A DNA stretch of 64,000 nucleotides from Acidobacteriota bacterium (GTDB lineage: Bacteria > Acidobacteriota > UBA6911 > RPQK01 > JAJDTT01). Positions 50,637 through 61,600 of this stretch are shown here, piece by piece. The notes under the pieces are model-generated. The model worked only from the letters and a program-made list of their open reading frames with translations. It was not told the DNA's origin and did not search any database. The DNA lies in NCBI GenBank assembly GCA_965263035.1, contig OZ253580.1:64001-128000 (forward strand), in the 5' to 3' direction. Both the position numbers and the translations under genes were made by a program. How positions within the stretch are numbered: the stretch's first letter is position 1; each line of letters begins with the position of its first letter.

Positions 50637-51430
50637 TCAGGCAGCCCACTGGGCCGACAGCACCTCGGCCTGCACCAACACCGTCCGCGGCCCTTTTCCC
50701 TGTCGATCCGGCGGGTAGCCATGTTTGTGCAGGACGCGCTTGACGAGCACGCGCAGATGCGCTCGCACGTTTTCGCGCAGCATCCAGTCGATGGTGTCGG
50801 TGTTGCGGATGGTCTTGACCAGCTTCCGGGCGATGGTCCGCAGCGTCTCGTCCCCCAACACCTGCACGGCGCTGTCGTTCGTTTCCAGCGCATCGTAGAA
50901 CGCCAACTCGTCCTCGGACCGTCCCAGTTTCTCCCCGCGAACGTTGGCGTCGCGCAGTTCCTGAGCCAGTTGAACTAACTCCTCGATCACCTACGCGGCT
51001 TCGACGGCACCGAATTGATAGCGACGGAGAGTTCGTTCCAACATCTGGGCAAAGGAACGCGCCTGGACCAGGTTCTTGCGCCGGTGAGTGGAGACCTTGC
51101 CCTTCAGGGCTGGATTGTCCCGTTCGATGCCGGCCATGGCATCATCCACCGAGCGGCCGATGGTGGGTGGCTTGGCTTGCGCCTTCAGCTTCGCCCAGCG
51201 CGCTTCGGTCGGCACCCAGAAAATGTTCTGGGCGCGGTATTCGTCCGGGCCCACCGGGTCGGCTCCTTGGCCCGTTCAGCCGCCAGCCGGGTCTGGGCTT
51301 CTTGGAAGACACCGGAGATGGACTTGAGGAAGATCATCGCCAGAACCACGTGTTGGTACTCAGCTGGATCCATACTGCCGCGCAAGGCGTAGGCCATCTG
51401 CCAGAGCTGGACTTCGTAGCCCACCTTGGT
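50637..51430 (-). pseudogene. Type I R-M relic: hsdM 5' fragment fused to hsdR 3' fragment (DUF3387)
   Basis: [40 protein letters not shown] joined to [25 protein letters not shown]; frameshift and in-frame TAG at 50991. Confidence 0.88.
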
Positions 51431-52409
51431 GGCGCTTTGCTCGGTTGTCTTGGGGTGAGCTCTAGTTTTACCCAGTGGTCTCTTGTCCAACCCAGCGCCT
51501 CTTTCGCACTTCAGACGATGATCTCTGGCAGGGGGGACATCAAGGAACCGCTCGGCACCATCCTGTAGAGTGCCGGAAAGCCTCCAATCGTTGCCACTCC
51601 ATCGGGGTCTTCCACGCCTTCCCGCAGGGATTGTTGGGACGGGAGCGACCCTCCCAGGCGATGGCACGCCAGTGCACATCAGTCTGCCCCGCCGTGCCGA
51701 TCCGGGAGGCAAAAAGGGGGGGTCGCTCCCGTCCACCTCCAAATTCCCCGAGCGGCACGGCGGACCCGAGATTCGAGCCGTAACCGAAACGGGGACAGCA
51801 GGTTAGAGAGAAGTGTCCGTGCCCATCGAAAGGCCTCTTTTGTGCACATACCCCCCTTTGTCCCATGTGCACTCCCCGATCGGCACGAGACGCCACTGAT
51901 CAGCGGTCAAAATCATCCTCCAGCAAACCTGTTACCCACCAAGTGGAATAGCTGTCGATGACCACGCCGACGGAGCGACTGTGGGCCAGCGGTTACAACT
52001 CGATAGCCCGCTTTCGGGCCGCTGAAAGCCGTTCTTGGAGTGTCCTACTGACGATCTGGACGGAGATTCACTCACAAGCACCTAAGATTCAGGGGGTTCT
52101 GCCAGGGCGAAGGGCAATCTCACCGAAGCAATCCGCAATCCGGATCATGACCCGCCTGGCCATTTCTCGGGCCTCAAACAATCGTCTCCTTTGGACATCT
52201 TTCTTGAATTCGATTCCGTGCACCAAGTTGCTACGGAGACCAAGTTGCTACGGAGATTGTAGAACTCCTTGAACTGCTCACGCAGCCTGTTCCTTTCCTT
52301 AATCCTTCAACCCCAGTCCAGCCTTCCGAGGGCGGGGGGTCGGTCTCTTTTCCCAACTCGTTTTCGGTCGAAAAACCGGATCCTGGTTCCCTCGCGCGCG
52401 CGTGTACAC

Positions 52410-52691
52410 CTACCACCGGGAACCGGGTTCAAGAGACTCCTGACGGCTCCGACCTCGCCCTGGTATCTCATCTTTGACCAAGCTCCAGAACACGGTCTGT
52501 TTGCCCTTCATGCGCCGTCTCAATCGCCCTGGTCCGGCCAGTTCGTTCAACACACTGGTGATGGTGTCGTTTTTGCCCTCGATGTCTTCTCGCAACTCTC
52601 TAGTGGAGATCTTCTCCGCCTCGTTCGCCTCCAAGTAAGTTCGGATTTCCTTTTTGATTCGTGCATGGATTCTGCGGCTGACGCCCTCCAT
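52410..52691 (-). pseudogene. Possible C-terminal winged-helix remnant of a phage or satellite replication gene
   Basis: STRELREDIEGKNDTITSVLNEL helix pattern, followed by GGGAACC motifs. Confidence 0.35.
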
Positions 52692-55600
52692 CTATTCTCG
52701 GGAAGTCATGTCTTGCACCGGCACGACCGGCAGGGTGGTGAAGATCCGGTTTCCCGTGTCCAGCTCCACCGCGACTCCGGTGAACATTTCCTCCCCGAGA
52801 GCCGTGCACCGGACCGAGCCCACGAAGTCCCTCGTCTCCGTCCTCGCGAACACCTCTTCGATGAACCGGGCATCCTGGGCGCGTCCGTTGAGGGGGATGT
52901 CGACCCATTCCAACTCCTCGCCTCCCCTCATCAACCAGCAGCGTACGGTCGTCCGTTCCGCTCCCAGGTTCCGGATTGCCGCCGCCGTCCGAATGCCTCC
53001 CGCCTGCCGGCGCGCCGGGAACAAAGCGTCCGACGTCGGTTGACTCACGCCCACTCCAGCGACTCCCACACCCGGAATGTCGAAGCGCAACACTCCACCG
53101 AGGGGTCCGTTCGCTACCACCCGCACCGATCCCGTCACCACCTCGCCCCGCCCATGGGTCGAGATCGTCCGCTCGCCCAGACGAGCCATCGCGGTTCGTA
53201 GGGTCAGACTTCCGTCCTCTCGCACCACCAGATCCTCTCCCACCTCCACCATCGATTCCGGTTCCAGAAGTTCTCCCGTCCGATCGTAGAAGTAGATGGC
53301 GGGGCGGGCCGTTGACGCCGCCACGTTCACCAGCACCAAGTCGGACCTGATCAAGGTCCCGTCGCCGGAAGTGCCATTGGCGAAGTGCGCGAACGTCAGG
53401 GTCGTTTCTTCCTCTTCTCCGCCCTCCGGACCCACCGGCACCACCGGCAGCGTGGTGAAGATCCGGTTGCCCGAGTCCAGCTCCACCGCCACTCCGGTGA
53501 ACGACTCCCCGGCCGGGACCGTACAACGCACCGACCCCACGAAGTCCGTCGTGTCCGTCTCCGTGAACAGCTCCTCGATGAACCGGGCGTCCTGCCCGTT
53601 GGCGCTGAGTTTGATCTCCCTCTCTTCCAGCACTCTGCCGTTCTTCATCAACCGGCACTGCACGCCGACGTCCTCCGTTCCCAGGTTGTGGATGGCCGCC
53701 GCCGTGCGGATCCCTCCCGCTTGGCGCCGGGCCGGAAACAGAGCGTCCCCGGTAGCTTCGCTGGCGCCCACGCCGGCCACCCCGATCCCCGGGATGTCGA
53801 ACCGGACCACTCCTCCGATGGGGCCGTCCGAGACCACCCGCACCGATCCCGTCACCACCTCGCCCCGGCCGTGGGTCGAGATCGTCAACTCGCCCAAGGG
53901 CGCCACCTCGGTTCCGGGCGACACTCCGCCGTCTGCTTCCACCTCCAGATCCTCCCCCACGTCCACCACCGATTCGGCCTCCAGCAGATCTCCCGCCCGG
54001 TCGAAGAAGTAGATGACGGGCCGGATCTCGTGCTCGGCCACGTTCACCAACACCAGGTCGGAGGTGATGAGCACGTCGTTGCCCGAGACTCCGTTTCCGA
54101 AATGGGCGAACTCCAGGACCACCTCCTCGGCCAGGGGCGTGGCCTCGACGGCGTTGGACGGCGGACTGGGGCCGACCTCGTTCACCGCCCGAACTTCGAA
54201 GACGTAGGTCTGCCCGTTTCGCAGATCCGTGACGATGACGGTGAGATCCGTGGAGCCGATGGAGATCCATTCCCCGGTGCGGTCGATCCGGACTTCGTAG
54301 TCGGTGAGGTCGGAGCGGCCGTCGCTCTCGGGGGCCTCCCAGGAGAGGGTCACCTCGCCGTCGCCGGCTTCCGCCTGCAGTTTCAAGGGCGCCGTGGGCG
54401 CGGTTGGAGGAGGCGCGGGCGGCGGAGCCGGTCCTGGGCCGGGCCCCGGCGGCGGCGGCGGTGGAGGCGGCGGAGGCGGCGGAGGTGGTGGCGGAGGCGG
54501 GGCCGAGACTTCGTTGTCCTCGACCGTCACCCGGGCGCTCTGGGTCGAAGTGGGTCCCAGCCGGTACTCGTCTCCCGGCTGCAGCCGGGCGGTGACCCGG
54601 CTGGTGGATTCGGCGACATCGTCATCGTCGGTCAACACCTCCAACGTCGCCGTGTCCTGTCCGGTCCGGAACTCCACCTCGTCCGGCGGTTCGTACCCGC
54701 CCGAGGTCTCGATCATCGATCCCGTCTCCGTGACCTCCAGGCGCACCGTCAGCGCGGCCTCCGTCGGAGGCCCCCGCGTCAGGGTGAACTCCACGGGGCC
54801 AACTTCCGTGACCGTCTCGGATCCCTGCTTGGCTTCGATGGTGACCAGTGGCGGGTCCGCCCGTTGATCGGTCAACGCCTCCACCGCGTTACCCACCTCG
54901 TCCTGGATCGGGTCGAACCCGGGTGTATAGCTCACCCTTACCGTCTCGCCCGCCGCCACCGGTGAGATCAGCGTCAAGGTGACGCTGTTTCCTCTCACCC
55001 GGACCTGGATGACCGTCCGGTCATTCCCCTCCACCGTCACCGCGAAGTCGTCCCTGGCCGGCCTCGAGTCCTCATCCAACGCCTCGTCGTAGGTCAGCGC
55101 CACCCGCGAGCCATGCACCGTCACGCTCTGCAGTCCCGGCACGCTCGCGTCCACCTTGTGGTCCGCCTGCATCTCCACCTCGTCGTAACTCCGCGCAGCC
55201 GGGTTGTCCGACAGATCCAGGATCTTTCCCCCGTTGAGCGCGATACTCCCTCGCGGGACGCTCACGCCGTCCTCGTCTTCGTCCCCCTTCTCCACCGTGT
55301 AGACGAATACCACTGCGGTCCGCGCCGACCCCACACTGGCGCTGGCCCGCTTCCTCTGGTTCCCCACCAGCAGGTCCAGCGTCGGCGTCCCCCGCACCGT
55401 GTCAACCGTCACCGTCTCGTCGTAGCGCACCGTCACGGAGATCATGTCGTCGACCGCGTAGGTCTCGTCCGTCCCCGGGTCCGAGCTGATCTCGATCCCT
55501 TCGATCGATGGGGCCGTCGTGTCCGGCGTCCGGTTGTCTACGAACTCGTCCCGGAAGGCCTCGGCATCGTTGCCGATCGCGTCCTGGATCGGATTCGACC

Positions 55601-58600
55601 GCGACTCGTAGCCCACCCGGATCCCTGTCTCTCCGTACTCCGCCGCTGGACTCACCGTCAGCCGAACCTCACTCCCGGTCACCTGAACCCGGGTCACGGT
55701 GCGCGTCTCGTTGCCTCCCGCCACGGTGAAGTCGCTGGTCGCCGGCCGCGAAGAGGTGTTGAGCCGTTCGTTGTAGGTCAGCGTCAGCGTCGCGCCGTTG
55801 ACCACCGCCGGATCGGTCAGTGCCAGGACCGGGGCGACCGCGTCCACCTTGTGGCTTGAGCTGGCCGCCACCGCATTGTGGTCCAAGGTGGCGTCATTCT
55901 GTGCACCGTCGCGGATCATCCCGCCGCTTCGCGACAGCCCGTTCGCCTCGATGCTCACGCCGTCCTCGTCGTTGTCCCCAGTGACCACCCGGTAGGTGAA
56001 CTTCACCGCCCGGTTCGTGACGCTCTGGTACTCTGCCGTCTGGTCCCGGCTGCCCACGTTCAGGGTCAGTTCGGGCGTTCCCGTGATCACCAGCGTCTCG
56101 TCGAACGTCACCGTCACTTCGATGGTCTCGTCCACGCCGTAGGTCCGGTCCGACCCCGCACTCGAGGTGATCGCCACGGTGCTCACCGTCGGCCCCGTCG
56201 TGTCTCCCGTCTGGTTCGCGACGCTCCTGTTGCTCAACCGGTCCGCATCGTTGCCCGCCGTGTCCTGAATCGGATTCAATCCCGGCTGGTAGTTCACCCG
56301 GAGGCCGCTCTCTCCGTCCGTTACTGCCGAGCTCAGCGTCAGGAAAACGGCACTCCCGTCGACCCGAACTGCCCTGACCGTCCGCGTCTCGCTCCCTCCC
56401 GTCACGGTGAAGTCGTCCGTCGACGGTCTCGAAGAGGAATCCAGCGGCTCGCCGTAGGCCAGCGTCAGCGTCGTCCCGTTCACGACTGTCCCGTCGGACG
56501 TCGCCAGCACCGGCTTGACCCCATCCACCTTGTGGCTCGAATCGGCCGCCACCGGCGCGTGGTTCAGCACGGCGTTATTCTGGGCGCCGTCGCGGATCGT
56601 GCCGCTGGACAGGCGGTTCGCCTCGATCCTCACCCCGTAAGCAGCACTGTCCCCAGAAACCACTTTGTATTCGAACCTCACGTCGGCACCCGTGACGTCC
56701 TGGTAGTTGGCCGTCCGGCTCCGGCCGCCCACGTTCAGCGTCAACCGCGGCGTCCCCGTCACTAACACCGTCTCGTCAAACGTCACCGTCACTTCGATGG
56801 TCTCGCCGGCTGCATAAGTCTGATCCGACCCTGCGTTCGAGGTGATCCTCACCGTCTGCACCGTCGGCCCCGTCGTGTCTCCCGTCCGGTTCGTGACACT
56901 CTGATTGCTCAAAGCGACTGCGGCGTTGCCCACCACGTCCCGGATCGGGTTCGTTCCCGGCTGGTAGCTCAGCCGGAAGCCGAACTCTCCGTCTTGCACC
57001 GCCGGACTCAGCGTCAGGAGTACCGCGTTTCCGTTCACCTGCACCCGGGTGACCGTGCGCGTCTCATTCCCTCCCGTCACGGTGAAGGCGCTCGCCGCCG
57101 GTCTCGAGGACGAGTTCAGCGGCTCGCTGTAGGCCAGCGTCAGCGTCGTTCCGTTCACCACCGCCCCGTCCGTCGTCGCCAGGCTGGGCTTGACCCCATC
57201 CACCTTGTGCCGCGAATCGGGCGCCACTGCTGCATGGGTCAACGTCGCGTCATTCCGGGCCCCGTCGCGGATCGTCCCGCTTCCTCGCGACAGGCTGTTT
57301 GCGTCGATGCTCACGCCGTCCCGGTCCCGGTCGCTCAAGACGACCTTGTACTCGAACTTGACGGTGGAGCCCGAGACGCTCAGGTATTCCGCCGTTCGAT
57401 TCTGTCCGCCTACGCTCAGCGTCAACCGCGGGGTCCCCGTCACCACCACCGTCTCGTTGAACGTCACGGCCACCTCGATGGAATCATCCACGGCGTAAGT
57501 TGAATCCGACCCCGTGCTCGAAGTGATCCTCACCATCTCGACCGTCGGTCCCGTCGTGTCTCCCGTGACGTTGGTGACCGAGCGGTTGCTCAACCGGTCC
57601 GCATCGTTGCCCGCCGTGTCCTGAATCGGATTCGATCCCGGCTCGTAGTTCACCCGGAGGCCGCTCTCTCCGTCCGTGACTGCCGAGCTCAGCGTCAGGA
57701 ATACGGCACTCCCGTCGACTCGGACTACCGTGACCGTCCGTGTCTCACTCCCTCCCGTCACGGTGAAGTCGTCCGTCGAAGGCACCGAAGACGAATCCAT
57801 AGGCTCGCCGTAGACCAGCGTCAGAGTCGTCCCGTTCACGACCGCTCCGTCGCTGCTCGCCAGCGTCGGCTTGACCCCGTCCACCTGGTGTTGAGAATCG
57901 GCCGCCACCGGCGCGTGGTTCAGCACGGCGTTATTCTGTGCGCCGTCCCGGATCGTGCCGCCGGACAGGCGATTCGCGTCGATCCTCACCCCATAAGCAG
58001 CACTGTCCCCAGAAACCACTTTGTATTCGAACCTCACGTCGGCACCCGTGACGTCCTGGTAGTTGGCCGTCCGGCTCCGGCCGCCCACGTTCAGCGTCAA
58101 CCGCGGCGGCGCCGTCACCACCACCGTCTCGTCAAACGTCACCGTGACCTCAATGAGATCATCCATCGCGTAGGTCTGATCCGACCCCGCATTGGAGGTG
58201 ATCCTCACCGTCTGCACGGTCGGCCCCGTCGTGTCTCCCGTGTTGTTGGTGACCGGTTCGTTGTTCAACTCCTCCGCGGCGTTGCCCACCGTGTCCTCGA
58301 TCGGGTTGTCCCCCGGCTGGTAGCGCAACCGGAGGCCGCTCTCTGTGTCCGTTACGGCCGGGTTCAACGTCAACAAGACCGAGTTTCCGCTCACCTGGAC
58401 CCGGGTCACCGTCCGCGTCTGACTGCCCCCGGTCACCGAGAAAGCGCTCGCCGCCGGTCTCGAGGAAGAGTTCAGTGGCTCGCTGTAAGCCAGCGTCAGC
58501 GTCGTCCCGTTCGCCACTGCTCCGTCGATAAGGGCCAGCATCGGGGGCACCCCGTCCACCTGATGCCGCGAATCGGCTGCCACCGCCGCGTGCTCCAACA

Positions 58601-61600
58601 CCGCGTCATTCTGGGCCCCGTCCCGGATCGTCCCTCCGCCTCGCGACAGGCGGTTCGCTTCGATGCTCACCCCGTCCCGGTCGCTGTCGCCCCGGACCAC
58701 CTGGTGCTCGAACTTGACGGTCGCACCCGTGACGCTCATGTAGCTCGCCGTTCGATTCCGGCCCCCCACGTTCAACGTCAACTGCGGCGTCCCCGTCACC
58801 ACCACCGTCTCGTTGAACGTCACCGTCACCTCGATCGCATCTTCAATCGCGTAGGTCCCATCCGACCCGGCATTCGAGGTGATCCTCACCATCTCCACCA
58901 CCGGTCCCGTGGTGTCTCCCGTCTGGTTGGTGACCGGCCGGTTGCTCAGGCCAGGCGCGGCATTGCCCCCCGTGTCCTGAATCGGATTCGCTCCCGTCCC
59001 CGTCGGCACCGTGTAGCTCACCCGGATCCCGGTCTCTCCGTGCTCCATCGGCGGATCCAGCGTCAACTCCACCGCGCTCCCACTCACCCGCACCCCGGTG
59101 ACCGTGCGCGTCTGGTTGCCCCCCGTCACCGTGAAGGCGCCCGTCGGCGGCACTGAGAACCGGTCCAGCTCCTCGCTGTAGGCCAGCGTCAGCGTCGCCC
59201 CGTTCACCACCGCAGAAGAAAACGCCGGCGCCGTATCGTCCACATCCTGAAGCCGGACGATGAAGTCCGCCTCCACGGGATTGAACCCGTCGGTGACCTG
59301 CACCCTGATTTCGTAGTCCCCGTCCCGATTGGCGTCGTCCGGACTCTCGTAGTCCTTCGCCGTCTTGAACGCGAGTTCGCCGTCGGACGTCAGCGTGAAC
59401 TTGCTCCGGTCCGCGCCTCCCGCCAGCTCCCACTCCAGATCTTCTACCCGGCCATCCGCGTCCGTGGCCGCCAGCGTCTCCACCTCCGTCTCGTTCTCCG
59501 CCACCAGAAGCGGAGGGGTCGTCGTAATTTCCGGTGCGAAGTCGTCATCGGTAATGGTGACCGTCTGCTGCGTGCCCACGGCCTCACGATTGTGAGTCGC
59601 CGTGATCAGGATCTCTTCATCGTTTTCGACGAGTTCGTCCTCCACCGCGGTGAGGGTGGTCGTCACCGAACTTCCACCCAGCGTGAGGGTGAGCCGCTCC
59701 GTTCCCACCGTGTAGTCCGTATCCTTCGCCGCAGTCCCTGCCCAGGACAGTCGGATCTCCTGATCCGCTGCGAAGGTGACACCGTTGGTGATTCTCACCG
59801 TCACCGTCGAGGTCCCCGCCGCCTCCACCATCGTCGACGGACCGACCTCCAGGGTCATCACCGGCTCATCGTCATCGTCGGTGACTGTCAGCGTCTTCTC
59901 GGACGGACCCGTCACCCCATGGTCGTTGCTGGCCCTCCCCGATACCCGAACCGTCCGGTCCGGCGCGTCCACATCGTTATCGTTGGCGCTGATCGTCACC
60001 GTCCCGATGCTGTCCGTCTCTCCCGCCAGAATGATCAGGTCCCGGTTCGTGCTCAGCCTGAAATCCTCCTCTGCCGCCGGACTCACCGGCGTCGCCGAGA
60101 CCGTCACCGTCGTCCTCTCACCCGAGGCCCGGCTCAGACTTGCCGTCACCGTGCTCGACTCCCCGTTCTCACCGATCGAGTCTGGCGACAACTCCAGCGT
60201 CACCGCGGGCGTTCCATCGTCATCCCTGATCGTCAGCGTCACGCCGGACGGACCCGTCACGCCCTGGTCGTTGGTCGACGTCCCGGACACCTGCACCGTC
60301 TTGTCGGGGGCGTCCACATCGTTGTTGTTGGCGCTGATCGTCACCGTCCCGGTGCTGCGTGTCTGACCTGCCTCGATCGTCAGCATCTGGTTGGTGCTGA
60401 CCGTGAAGTCCTCCGCCACCGCCGGACTCACCGGCGTCGCCGAGACCGTCACCGTCGTCGGCTCACTCGACACCCGGTCCAACCGCGCCGTCACCGTGCT
60501 CGACCCTCCGTTTTCACTGATCGAATACGATGTCAGCAACCAGGTCACCGTCGGGGCCGGCTCCGCCGGCTCCTCCATGAACGCCGCCGCCGCATTGCCC
60601 ACCTTGTCCTGAATCGGATTGAACCCCGGCGTATAGGTCACCGTCACCGCTTCGCCCGCCGCCACCGGCGAGGCCAGCCGCAGCGTGACCTTCTTTCCAC
60701 TCACTTGGACCTGGATCACCGCACGATCATTCCCCGCCACCGCCACCGTGAAGTCGGACCCCAAAGGCACCGAGCCCTCATCCAGCGCCTCGTCGTAGGT
60801 CAACGTCACCCGCGACTCATGCACCGTCACGCTCTCCCGCTCCGGCTCCACGCCGTCCACCCGGTGGCCCGCCTGCGCCGGCAATGCTTCATAACTCCGC
60901 GCCGCCAGATTGCCCGCCGAGTCCTCGATCCTGCCCCCGTTCAAGTCGATCCGGTCGGCAGCAATGCTCACCCCGTCCGGGTCCAGGTCCCCTTTCTCCA
61001 CCGTGTAGACGAACACCACCGTCGCCGATTCCGGACCGGCGCCGGCCCGGGCCGCCTTCCGCCGATTGCCCACCGTCAGATCCAGCGTCGGCGTCCCCTG
61101 CGTGGTGACCACCCTCACCGGCTCGTCGTAGCGCACCGTCACCTCGATCGCGTCCCCGGCCGCGTAGGTCTGGTCGGTCCCCGGGTTCGAGCTGAGCTCG
61201 ATCTCTTCCAACGCCGGCGCGGTCGTGTCCGGCGTCCGGTTGTCCACCCCCTGGTCCGTGAACGCCCCGGCGTCGTTGCCTGCCACGTCCTGGATCGGAT
61301 TCGACCCCGGCTGGTAGCTCACCCGGATCCCCGTCTCTTCGTGCTCCGCCGCCGGATTCACCGTCAGCTCCACCGCGCTCCCGCTCACCTGCACCCCGGT
61401 CACCGTTCGCGTCGCATTCCCGCCCGTCACCGTGTAGGCGCTCGTCGCCGGCCTCAACGACCCGTTCAACGGCTCGTCATAGGTCAGCGTCAGCGTCGAT
61501 CCGTTCATCGTCGCCCTGTCCATAGGGGCCAGACCCGGAGCCACGCCGTCCACCTTGTGCTCCGAATCGTCCCCGACCGCCGCGTGGTCCAGGATCGCGT

